A DNA stretch of 64,000 bases, from the IMG/VR virus record IMGVR_UViG_3300028559_000015, positions 25,905 to 89,904 of that record, one strand, 5' to 3'. The stretch's first letter is position 1. Each line of letters begins with the position of its first letter. Position numbers and translations under genes: made by a program. Below the pieces are notes generated by a model. The model was not told the origin of the DNA and searched no databases. It worked only from the letters and a program-made list of their open reading frames with translations. The DNA comes from a virus. Shown here in pieces: positions 20,003-28,426 of this stretch.

Positions 20003-20421
20003 TCAAGAATCTGCTATATGTTACTAAGGTGCTTGACAAGGTGAAGTTTGGGATATCAGGTGATCTTATCAATCGCTTTATAAATTACAACAAGGGAAAT
20101 CAAAATTATGAAGTCCATGCGTTGTATGTTGCGGTTGAGGGTCATGCGGAACATATCCTGACATGTGAAAATTACTTGATGAGGACGTTGCACGAATATC
20201 TAGAGAACCCCAAACAACTTGCAAAGCCTACCGAGTACGTTGATCCTAAATTTACCGATATAGATGTTGATTATGTCTCTACCCTGATCGAAAACAAGAT
20301 CAAAAATCATCCTTTGCAGATTAAAAGGCTGAAAGGGGAATACGTTTCTGCTCTTAAAATCGATCCTGACATGATGGATAAAATTAAATTGTCGCCCCAT
20401 AAGTACCTAGAGGACATTTAG
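19999..20421 (+). CDS. T5orf172/GIY-YIG-like protein
   Basis: LYV...KFGISGDLINRF..Y; GTGA overlap with the upstream gene. Confidence 0.45.
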   Translation: MIKNLLYVTKVLDKVKFGISGDLINRFINYNKGNQNYEVHALYVAVEGHAEHILTCENYLMRTLHEYLENPKQLAKPTEYVDPKFTDIDVDYVSTLIENKIKNHPLQIKRLKGEYVSALKIDPDMMDKIKLSPHKYLEDI

Positions 20422-20483
20422 GGCTTGACATATACTCATAAATAGCGTATTATCTATGTATATTATAAGAGTAAAGGTATCTC

Positions 20484-21488
20484 GTGAAATACGCACTGAT
20501 CGACACTGCTAACACTTTCTTCCGCGCTAGGCATGTTGCTGCTCGCAACACTGATACGTGGGAGAAGATTGGCATGGCTATGCATCTAACGCTTTCGTCT
20601 GTAAATCAGGCTGTGCGTATGTTCAACATCGACCACGTTGTGTTCTGTCTTGAAGGCCGTTCATGGCGTAAAGAATTCTACAAGCCCTACAAAGCGCATC
20701 GTGCTATCGACAACACTGCGTTGACTGAGGCTGAAATCGAAGAAAACAAGATGTTCTGGGAAACGTATGAAGCGTTCACTACGTTCCTGTCTCAGAAGAC
20801 TAATTCTAGCGTGTTGCGTCATCCCAACGCAGAAGCAGATGATCTTATCGCCCGCTTTGTTGACTTGCACCCCGAAGATGAACACTATATCATTTCGTCC
20901 GACACTGACTTCGTGCAGTTGATCAGTGAGAACGTGCATCAGTACAACGGTGTCGCGGGTCAGTTGATCAAGCTAGATGGCTATTTCAATGATCGAGGTA
21001 AGCCTGTCAAGGACAAGAAGACCGGTGAGCAAAAGCTGCTAGAAGACCCTGAGTATCTTCTGTTTAAGAAGATCATTCGTGGCGATGCTACTGACAATGT
21101 TTTCTCTGCTTATCCAGGTGTGCGTGAGAAGGGTTCTAAGAACTCTGTCGGCATCAAGGAAGCGTTTGAAGATCGCAACAAGCAAGGCTTCAATTGGAAT
21201 AATCTGATGTTGCAGCGTTGGGCTGATCACAACGGAGACGAACACCGTGTCAAAGATGACTACGAACGCAACAAGACGTTGATTGATCTCCGAGCGCAAC
21301 CAGCAGAAATCAAGGCTGCGGTAGACGGAGTGATCAAGGAGAACGTGCGTACAACTGTAACCCCAATGGTTGGCATTCATCTTATGAAGTTCTGCGGCAA
21401 GTATGAACTCACTAAGATTTCGGAGCAGGCTGAGACTTATTCAAAGTGGCTCAACAATCCATATAAAGGAGTTCTCAATGCCGATTGA
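20484..21488 (+). CDS. RNase H / 5'-3' exonuclease (T4 rnh-like)
   Basis: LIDTAN, WRKEFYKPYK, EADDLIA, SSDTDFVQL, GDATDNV. Confidence 0.92.
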   Translation: MKYALIDTANTFFRARHVAARNTDTWEKIGMAMHLTLSSVNQAVRMFNIDHVVFCLEGRSWRKEFYKPYKAHRAIDNTALTEAEIEENKMFWETYEAFTTFLSQKTNSSVLRHPNAEADDLIARFVDLHPEDEHYIISSDTDFVQLISENVHQYNGVAGQLIKLDGYFNDRGKPVKDKKTGEQKLLEDPEYLLFKKIIRGDATDNVFSAYPGVREKGSKNSVGIKEAFEDRNKQGFNWNNLMLQRWADHNGDEHRVKDDYERNKTLIDLRAQPAEIKAAVDGVIKENVRTTVTPMVGIHLMKFCGKYELTKISEQAETYSKWLNNPYKGVLNAD

Positions 21489-21780
21489 TCCTGTCTATCT
21501 TTGCAAAGATTGTAAGTTTAGCAAGATGGATGTGACAGATACTATTTTTACACTCGGTGGCCGAATGGGTGCTAAAGGATTCATGTACAAATGCGCTAAA
21601 ACAATAAAGCTAGCGCATAGCGTACTTGACCCTGTCACAGGTCCCGAAAAGATTGAGACTAGAATGTCGTACTGCGAAATTGAGCGCAGGCACGGTGACT
21701 GTGGTCTTACTGCAAAGCACTGGGTACCTAAGCACAAGAAAGATTTATTTAAAATGTTGACAAAGGAATCATATGACTGA
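21478..21780 (+). CDS. Cys-rich hypothetical protein
   Basis: CKDCK...C...CEIERR..DCG. Confidence 0.65.
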   Translation: MPIDPVYLCKDCKFSKMDVTDTIFTLGGRMGAKGFMYKCAKTIKLAHSVLDPVTGPEKIETRMSYCEIERRHGDCGLTAKHWVPKHKKDLFKMLTKESYD

Positions 21781-22231
21781 ACTAGTCGCAAAGCCAATCG
21801 TAAAGAACCAGTTTTGGATCGTCACTGATGGCATCAAGAAGGTTGGTAACATTGAAGTTAACAATGATGGGTACGGTGTCCGACTTAATGGAACTTTGTT
21901 ACAGTTCAATAACACTGACGAGTTGAAGAAGAAGACTCATATTCGGTTTGAGCCTATCAAGTCAAACAACAAGAAAGTCTCGCTTCCCTATCCCGAATAC
22001 CCAACCACTCCTCGCACTTACAACTCACTGTTTGATGTTAAGCGGGGCTTGCATCTGTTCACTAAGACACGCAAATCTAAGTGTCAGCATGCCGCGGGTT
22101 GGTTTGTGATGGATCAGAACGGAGTTAAGGTTGTTGTTTTTTGTCCTAAATATATCTTTATCCAACGTTATCCTTACTCTGGTCCGTATAAAACAGAGGC
22201 TGAAGCGCAAGTTCAGATAAATACAAGATGA
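21773..22231 (+). CDS. Hypothetical protein
   Basis: AAGGA RBS, overlapping operon. Confidence 0.75.
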   Translation: MTELVAKPIVKNQFWIVTDGIKKVGNIEVNNDGYGVRLNGTLLQFNNTDELKKKTHIRFEPIKSNNKKVSLPYPEYPTTPRTYNSLFDVKRGLHLFTKTRKSKCQHAAGWFVMDQNGVKVVVFCPKYIFIQRYPYSGPYKTEAEAQVQINTR

Positions 22232-22428
22232 TGCATATTAACCGATTCATGGATAAGATGACCGTAGCTGACTCCAAACAAAACAAAGATTTGGTGTTGC
22301 CGATGACGGATGCCCGTGGATTGCGTGATGATATCGCTAGGTTACTGTCAGACTTGTATGAATTGTCTAAGACCAAGAATCAAAACGAGGTAATACAAGT
22401 CGAAGTTAAGGGCGGATCATTCAAGTGA
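22228..22428 (+). CDS. Hypothetical protein
   Basis: GATAAATA upstream; ATGA overlap. Confidence 0.65.
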   Translation: MMHINRFMDKMTVADSKQNKDLVLPMTDARGLRDDIARLLSDLYELSKTKNQNEVIQVEVKGGSFK

Positions 22429-22724
22429 GTAGAACGCAACCAAATGTACTACTAGAGTATGTAGACAAGAAGACCTACAAGTGTGACCAGATTGTTGAGG
22501 CTGCTGGCATTTGGGCCGTGTTTTACGACGGGCAATCTATCAATCTCAAGTCTTCTCATTATCTCGCAAACGATGCTGCTCCGAAGTATAAAAAGACTAG
22601 CTTCTCCAATCCAGGACATGCTAGAAACCTTTGCCGCAAATTGAATGCACAATTCAAGACAGATAAGTTTACTGTCGTTTTCATGAACTCGGGACGCACA
22701 GTTTATCCCGATGACTTATCCTAA
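22425..22724 (+). CDS. Hypothetical protein
   Basis: KYKKTSFSNPGHARNL; GTGA overlap. Confidence 0.75.
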   Translation: MSRTQPNVLLEYVDKKTYKCDQIVEAAGIWAVFYDGQSINLKSSHYLANDAAPKYKKTSFSNPGHARNLCRKLNAQFKTDKFTVVFMNSGRTVYPDDLS

Positions 22725-23118
22725 GACCAAACTTGAAATTGTCAAAACTATCCTGACTGAGACCAAGGATGATCCTGACTTTCCCTGGAACAATCATGAA
22801 CCTGACAAGCTGATATTTGAATGGTTTGTTACAGGTAGAAGGGGCGATGGGCTTAGACTAACTGATGTTGGTGCTACTGCTTTCATAAAAGCAAACATCG
22901 CTCATTACTCATTTGAACTTAATAAGCAGAGTTCTAGAAAGAACTGGGAAAGTTATGTTATGGTTCTAAACAAGAAAATGCATTGTCCCTATTACATCGG
23001 AGCGGAAATCGACGAGAAGAAAAAGAAAAAACCCTATATCAGAGTCTACGATCACAAGATAGCTATGCTCATGACATTGTACGGCACAGTAGATGACTAT
23101 CTGGATTCAGTAAAATAA
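22711..23118 (+). CDS. Hypothetical protein
   Basis: GLRLTDVG...CPYYI; operonic. Confidence 0.7.
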   Translation: MTYPKTKLEIVKTILTETKDDPDFPWNNHEPDKLIFEWFVTGRRGDGLRLTDVGATAFIKANIAHYSFELNKQSSRKNWESYVMVLNKKMHCPYYIGAEIDEKKKKKPYIRVYDHKIAMLMTLYGTVDDYLDSVK

Positions 23119-23240
23119 TATTTGTCTTCTTAAACCAACTCAAAAAGTAATATCCGATTCGTCAGGCATTTTTTTTGGATAAAAAAGGTTGACATTGGCT
23201 TCGTATTTGTTATGATTAGTATGTAGCAAGGAGATATCAA

Positions 23241-23438
23241 ATGGCACAAGTTAATGTTAAGTTTCGTGTTCACTGCGTAGACTCAGAGCGTGGTTGGGGC
23301 CAAGACTACTGGCACGTTGATTTCGACACCCGCCCCGAAGCTGAAAAGTTTATGGCAGACACCAATGCTAAGAATACTGCTAAGTTTGCCCCTGACTTCT
23401 ACAGCCAGGCAAATAGCATCGAAATGGTCGAAGCATAA
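23241..23438 (+). CDS. Small early protein
   Basis: TTGACA/TATGAT promoter at 23189-23216 and AAGGAG RBS. Confidence 0.75.
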   Translation: MAQVNVKFRVHCVDSERGWGQDYWHVDFDTRPEAEKFMADTNAKNTAKFAPDFYSQANSIEMVEA

Positions 23439-23439
23439 A

Positions 23440-23502
23440 AATCGTACCCGAGGTCATTTTTCGGTTGACTTCGGGTACCCATTTTGCTATATTGAATCAT
23501 AA
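23440..23502 (+). repeat. Hairpin-embedded early promoter, copy 1
   Basis: GTACCCGAGGTCA-loop-TGACTTCGGGTAC containing -35 TTGACT, then -10 TATATT; near-identical copy at 36759. Confidence 0.8.
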
Positions 23503-23522
23503 GCTGAGAAAGAGGTTTTTAT

Positions 23523-23846
23523 ATGTCACTGGATGTTTATCTGACTGCTGTTCGCCCCACAGAGGTGTACAGCCGCAACATCACGCACAATCTGAACAAG
23601 ATGGCTATGGAAGCCGGCATCTACGAGGCCCTGTGGCGCCCCGAAGAAATCAATGTCACTACCGCTGAACAACTGGTTCCTCTGCTGGAAACAGGCCTGG
23701 AAACCCTGCGGGCCGATCCTGAGCGTTTTAAGGAGTTTAATGCTCCAAACGGTTGGGGCATGTACGATAACCTGATTCATTTTGTTGAAGACTATCTGGA
23801 AGCCTGCAAGGAAAACCCCGATGCTGAGGTCAACGTAAGTCGTTGA
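23523..23846 (+). CDS. Hypothetical early protein
   Basis: NITHNLNKMA...NGWG; GAGG RBS. Confidence 0.8.
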   Translation: MSLDVYLTAVRPTEVYSRNITHNLNKMAMEAGIYEALWRPEEINVTTAEQLVPLLETGLETLRADPERFKEFNAPNGWGMYDNLIHFVEDYLEACKENPDAEVNVSR

Positions 23847-23944
23847 TTCACGAGAGCCAAAGTAATTCACTCTTTGGTGAAAAAATCTTGACTTCTTCTT
23901 AAAATCTGTTATATTGTTTACACACTGAAACAAAGGAAATTTTT

Positions 23945-24067
23945 ATGTTTAGCGTTATCGTTGCTTTCATTCTTGGAATGGTTGTTATGGACTTCATGTG
24001 GGCCTACAAGATGGGAATCCCGCAGGCCATGTGGCGTCGTTGGAAAAATCGCAAGACCCGCATTTAA
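23945..24067 (+). CDS. Small membrane protein (40 aa)
   Basis: MFSVIVAFILGMVVMDF...; AAGGA RBS; TTGACT promoter at 23888. Confidence 0.6.
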   Translation: MFSVIVAFILGMVVMDFMWAYKMGIPQAMWRRWKNRKTRI

Positions 24068-24131
24068 GGGTTGACTTCTTCGCAAAGAAGTAGTACTTTA
24101 AGTTCATAGATTGAAGCAACGGAAGCAGCAC

Positions 24132-24791
24132 ATGGCTCGTTATCAGGCTCCCAAGATTTCTTATTCGACCGACGAAGTGTTTGCTGCTGCTTGTGCTGCA
24201 CAGCGCATCAACGGTGAATATCTCAAGGACGATAAGATTCTGTATGATACTGACGGGTATGTCCTTTCGGTCGATAAGGTCGCTAACAAGAAGCTGACTT
24301 CTCAGTTTCTTCGCGGTGACTTTGACATCAACGATGAGGACCGTGCGCTGGGACAAGAAGTGCGTCAATACTGCAACTCTCTGACGTTCAAGATCCTGCA
24401 GGGAAAGACTCTGAGTGATTTTGAGCAGACCATGCTCAAGATTGCTGACAAAGAGATTGTTGACAGCTTCTACGATATTGCTGTTGTTTCGTCTCTCCCT
24501 GCTTCGTATGAGCGTTCTAAGGCTCGGCGTGAGCAGAGCAATCGCCTCCGCGATCATCAGGGCTGTCTGAGTCAAGCAGAAGGTACCGCAGTTGATCTTG
24601 AAATCGAAGTCGTGCGCTGCAACTATAGCAACAACTGGAACACTTATTATGTCACTGCTATTGTTGAAAATGCTGTAGTGTTTTTTGCGTTTCGTGATCA
24701 GATTGAGATTGGTTCTAAAATCCGCGTCAAGGGTAAGATTAAATCCCACAAGGAAGATCGTACCCAACTTAGCCGCGTGAAAGTTATTTAA
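24132..24791 (+). CDS. Hypothetical protein, C-terminal OB-fold-like
   Basis: Ends VKGKIKSH...TQLSRVKV; promoter at 24071. Confidence 0.7.
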   Translation: MARYQAPKISYSTDEVFAAACAAQRINGEYLKDDKILYDTDGYVLSVDKVANKKLTSQFLRGDFDINDEDRALGQEVRQYCNSLTFKILQGKTLSDFEQTMLKIADKEIVDSFYDIAVVSSLPASYERSKARREQSNRLRDHQGCLSQAEGTAVDLEIEVVRCNYSNNWNTYYVTAIVENAVVFFAFRDQIEIGSKIRVKGKIKSHKEDRTQLSRVKVI

Positions 24792-24795
24792 GGTT

Positions 24796-24894
24796 TACGA
24801 GAAGCGGACAAGTCCCGAATGGCAGGTCGTATATTGGGTCTCCCTTAAGTGGGTTGTAAATTCCCTCAGTGTGCTGGCTTGTCCGCTTCTTGTA
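24796..24894 (+). ncRNA. Candidate structured RNA with tRNA-like D/T elements
   Basis: 19-bp closing stem; internal CCCGAATGGCAGG and GTGGGTTGTAAATTCCC; followed by a U-tract. Confidence 0.4.
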
Positions 24895-24914
24895 TTTTCT
24901 TTTAGGGTTTATGT

Positions 24915-25289
24915 ATGACAGATTGGACGATACCAATTCAAAGTGTAGGGCGCTCTTGCCGTCCGGGTATGGAAGTCAATATGCTTACCGCAGGAAAAGG
25001 CAAGTCTGTTTCTGTGGATATAGAATCCGATGCTTGGACCCCGATGGTATGGCGACTTCAATCTTTACTGAGCCCTCACTATGCTGAATATTTTGACTAT
25101 GATACCGGTGAGACATACTGGAAGAAGTTCACTGGGCTGCCTAAAATAGCAGACTTATATAGAGCAAACAATGTCATTCGCAAGAATGAAGACGGTTCAT
25201 ATGAATATGTTAAGAATCGTCAAACTGGCGATGAGCGTCGGCTGACCGAACAAGAAGTTATTTGGCTCATTTTGAAAGCAGGAGCATAA
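24915..25289 (+). CDS. Hypothetical protein
   Basis: ORF in co-directional run. Confidence 0.65.
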   Translation: MTDWTIPIQSVGRSCRPGMEVNMLTAGKGKSVSVDIESDAWTPMVWRLQSLLSPHYAEYFDYDTGETYWKKFTGLPKIADLYRANNVIRKNEDGSYEYVKNRQTGDERRLTEQEVIWLILKAGA

Positions 25290-25290
25290 G

Positions 25291-25629
25291 ATGCAAATCG
25301 CAATCGCAGATACTACTGGTAATGTTTCTATTTGGTGCGAAGTCATTGGCATCAATAAGGATGGTTCTATCAATTTCAGCGTCATCAATGGTGCTTGGGA
25401 TGGTAAGTACCACAACAATACCGTGTACGTAGAATATACTAAGGCAACCTATCCTGGCTTCCTTGTCTGGGTTGGTCGAGCTAAGTTTAACGAGCAAGAT
25501 TACAACGATGCTATTCCCTGGATCCAAGAACAGATTAATGATCCTGATTATGTAATGACGCAGCCCACTCAGTATGTTGGTCCCGTCAGACAACGGCGAA
25601 AAGATGAGCCAGACGATATTCCTTTCTAA
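25291..25629 (+). CDS. Hypothetical protein with SSB-like acidic tail
   Basis: GGAG RBS; ends EPDDIPF. Confidence 0.7.
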   Translation: MQIAIADTTGNVSIWCEVIGINKDGSINFSVINGAWDGKYHNNTVYVEYTKATYPGFLVWVGRAKFNEQDYNDAIPWIQEQINDPDYVMTQPTQYVGPVRQRRKDEPDDIPF

Positions 25630-25837
25630 GCCCAGTTATCTTCCGATATGTCAGCCCCCCACCTTCTCAAAACACACAGATGTGTGGCGCAACTTTATGG
25701 CATCACTTGATGTTAAAGATAAATTTGACCCACGCTTTGCTGACCAAATGAGAAAATGGAACGGTATGCTGATCAATGATGTGGTCAGGTTTGAATCCGA
25801 CAAAGATAAAATGTGGTTTATTTTGAGGTGGTCGTGA
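25604..25837 (+). CDS. Hypothetical protein
   Basis: Ends FESDKDKMWFILRWS. Confidence 0.55.
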   Translation: MSQTIFLSKPSYLPICQPPTFSKHTDVWRNFMASLDVKDKFDPRFADQMRKWNGMLINDVVRFESDKDKMWFILRWS

Positions 25838-26112
25838 ATTACAAATTCATCGGTTGGTGTCGTGAAGATAAGCACGATAAGGTTTGGGGCGTTATCACCC
25901 TTCACTCAAATTCTTACGTTACCTTTTGGGGTCGACGCGGCTCAAAGCTACAAACTAAGATCAGTACGGATTCCCATGCCGTTAACCACTCGATATACAA
26001 AAAGAAAAGGAATGGCTACCAGAGCATTCCGCGCGATGAGATTGATCAGGTTTATCCTGAATTTCAATCCGATCTAGAGAAGACTGCCCTTTGGGCGATG
26101 CTTAAGGCTTGA
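25834..26112 (+). CDS. WGR-domain-like protein
   Basis: DKVWG...TFWGRRG...KKRNGY; GTG start after GAGG. Confidence 0.65.
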   Translation: MNYKFIGWCREDKHDKVWGVITLHSNSYVTFWGRRGSKLQTKISTDSHAVNHSIYKKKRNGYQSIPRDEIDQVYPEFQSDLEKTALWAMLKA

Positions 26113-26161
26113 CTTTTATTTGTCTTCGCTGTATAGTGACTACATAAACTAAAGGAAACAC

Positions 26162-27535
26162 ATGTCTGCATCTTGGATTCAAAAGCTGGCTGAAAGCGAT
26201 TCTCGCCTTCATAAAGAAGATGTTATTCTTCAAGCACTGACTGCTGCAAAGCTAGGCAATGATATCTCCTCGCGGTTTCTGCGAGGATTAAAAGTATGCT
26301 ATGACCCGTTCGTGACGTTCGGTGTAAGGAAGATTCCTGATACAGTAGGTATCACTGGTGCAGAAAATCCTGCAGACGATTTCGACCAGCTTCTCATAGA
26401 CCTTTCTGCTCGGCTCTTGACCGGGCATGATGCTCGTGATGCTATTCAGGGTCTTGCTGAACGGTTTGACAGTGATGAGTGGAATTACTTCTACGCTCCT
26501 ATCCTTCGGCGTGACATGCGTTGTGGCATCAGCGCGACCACAATCAACAAGATTGTTAAGAAAACGGATTACGAAATTCCGATATTCAGTTGCCAGCTTG
26601 CTTCGAACAGCGAAGGCCGCCCTGAAATGCGCGGCACGAAACGTCTTGAACCGAAGCTGGATGGTGTTCGGGTGTTGATGATGGTGGCTGTGCAACAAGG
26701 TATTTCCCGTCCTCCTACTACTTCGGTAGTTTGCTATAGTCGCAACGGCAAAGTGTTTGATAACTTCTCGCACATTGAAAATCAAGTCCTCAATAACGTC
26801 GAGCGGCTGATCGCTGCTGCTGATAAAGTAGATGACATGCAGAGCGGCATTCTTAAGCAAGGATTTGTCCTTGACGGCGAAGTCGTCGGCAACACTTTCC
26901 AAGAACTGATGCGTCAGGCTCGTCGTAAAGAAAATGTCGATGCTGCTGACAGCGTGTTCCACGTATTTGATGTTCTTCCTCTTGCTGACTTTCAGCGTGG
27001 TCATTGGAATGCACCGTTGAGCAAGCGTATCGCTTTGCTTGAAGCTATGCAGCCTGCATTTGATAAGATGCCCAACGCTGAACTTCTCCCTCATCTTCAA
27101 GTTGACCTTGATACAAGTGAGGGTAAGAACCAGATTGAGCGTTACGCCAATGAAATGGTGAATGCAGGATTCGAGGGCATCATGATCAAGAATCTTGATG
27201 CACCTTATCTCTGTAAGCGTAGCACGGACTGGATGAAGTGGAAACCTACTATCACTGTTGATCTTCAAGTGATCGGTCTTGAAGAAGGTACCGGTAGAAA
27301 CAAGGATCGGCTTGGTGCATTGGTCTGCAATGGTGTTGATGATGGTAAGGAGATCACTGTCAACGCTGGTTCTGGATTCAGTGACGCAGAGCGTGACAGT
27401 CTTTGGGAAGATCGCAATCTGATCGTTGGTCGTACGGTTGAGGTTATGGCTGATGCTATCACACAGAACCAAGACGGTACATATTCGCTGCGCTTCCCGC
27501 GCTTCGTTCGATTCCGTGATGATAAAGGAGAATAA
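26162..27535 (+). CDS. ATP-dependent DNA ligase
   Basis: EPKLDGVR, LDGE, FDVL, EGIMIK, WMKWK, SLRFPRF. Confidence 0.95.
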   Translation: MSASWIQKLAESDSRLHKEDVILQALTAAKLGNDISSRFLRGLKVCYDPFVTFGVRKIPDTVGITGAENPADDFDQLLIDLSARLLTGHDARDAIQGLAERFDSDEWNYFYAPILRRDMRCGISATTINKIVKKTDYEIPIFSCQLASNSEGRPEMRGTKRLEPKLDGVRVLMMVAVQQGISRPPTTSVVCYSRNGKVFDNFSHIENQVLNNVERLIAAADKVDDMQSGILKQGFVLDGEVVGNTFQELMRQARRKENVDAADSVFHVFDVLPLADFQRGHWNAPLSKRIALLEAMQPAFDKMPNAELLPHLQVDLDTSEGKNQIERYANEMVNAGFEGIMIKNLDAPYLCKRSTDWMKWKPTITVDLQVIGLEEGTGRNKDRLGALVCNGVDDGKEITVNAGSGFSDAERDSLWEDRNLIVGRTVEVMADAITQNQDGTYSLRFPRFVRFRDDKGE

Positions 27536-27537
27536 AA

Positions 27538-27759
27538 ATGAACATTAAAGAAAAATACAACACCCTGAGTGTTAAGACTAGAGCAGCCGTCAAGACGGCT
27601 GCTATCATGACCGTTGCATTCGGGGCGCCGAGCCTAATTGTTGCTATGCCGCAGATTATGCTTCCTATTCTGTTTTTTAGTTTAATCGCAGGAGCTACAT
27701 ATGCGATATACGCCATTGTGCTGTCTGATATGAAATATGAAGAAAAGTACAAGAAATGA
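27538..27759 (+). CDS. Two-TM membrane protein
   Basis: AAGGAG RBS; hydrophobic spans. Confidence 0.7.
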   Translation: MNIKEKYNTLSVKTRAAVKTAAIMTVAFGAPSLIVAMPQIMLPILFFSLIAGATYAIYAIVLSDMKYEEKYKK

Positions 27760-27923
27760 ACATTGAAATCATCTTTGCAGAGCCTCCCCAACGGTGCGAA
27801 TGCTGCGGCATCATTGCTGAAACTCGACCATACGGGTTCAATCACGAAGAAATCTGCTTTGAGTGTGCTATTAAAGACGAGTCGCTTACAGAAATCAGAG
27901 CTAAAGAATTTTTGTTCGGATAG
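27756..27923 (+). CDS. Small zinc-finger protein (55 aa; not in ORF track)
   Basis: MNIEIIFAEPPQRCECCG...ETRPYG...ICFEC; ATGA overlap. Confidence 0.7.
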   Translation: MNIEIIFAEPPQRCECCGIIAETRPYGFNHEEICFECAIKDESLTEIRAKEFLFG

Positions 27924-27928
27924 GGAGA

Positions 27929-28147
27929 ATGATGTATTTAACCGTAGCTTTTATTTTGTTGGTAGTATTTGCATACTTTGCTACTTACATCGATTACCGT
28001 TTTGAGATTTATGGTCTTGGTTGGACCTTCACTATGGGGGTTGTTGCATGTTTTTTTTGGCCATTGACTCTCGGACTTGCTATCTTCATTGGTCCGTTGA
28101 TTCTAGTCATGCGTCTGGGCGCAAAGCGTAGAGGAGACAAATTCTAA
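27929..28147 (+). CDS. Membrane protein
   Basis: Hydrophobic, FFWPL. Confidence 0.65.
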   Translation: MMYLTVAFILLVVFAYFATYIDYRFEIYGLGWTFTMGVVACFFWPLTLGLAIFIGPLILVMRLGAKRRGDKF

Positions 28148-28392
28148 TGATAGAAGATGATGAGGATATGGAGAAGGTTACAGCCGAATGGTCTGCAAAG
28201 CTACTAGGGCTTCACCACACGTTTGAAGACGGTGATAGTATTGAAGTCACTCAAGTAAGACGCAGAGACACTGGTCCTTGGGTCACCTTTAATGTCAGGC
28301 AAGGTCCGGGCATCCCGAGAAAGTTGCTTATGGGTATAGACGAGTTTCTCGGGACATATGGCCACTTGTTCATCAAAGAAGAAAATAGTTAA
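28147..28392 (+). CDS. Hypothetical protein
   Basis: AGGAG RBS. Confidence 0.7.
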   Translation: MIEDDEDMEKVTAEWSAKLLGLHHTFEDGDSIEVTQVRRRDTGPWVTFNVRQGPGIPRKLLMGIDEFLGTYGHLFIKEENS

Positions 28393-28426
28393 CTTTATCC
28401 TTAGGGGATAGTAGTATAAATAAAGC

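Noticed and set aside
26288-27472. 394-aa minus-strand ORF, and similar long shadow ORFs (23994-24767, 5930-6517, 41143-41724, 54741-55325)
   Set aside because: Antisense to well-supported genes; no RBS or motifs; explained by codon bias of the real gene
27763-28005. 80-aa ORF from the track
   Set aside because: Overlaps a better-supported zinc-finger ORF (27756-27923) and the next gene in other frames
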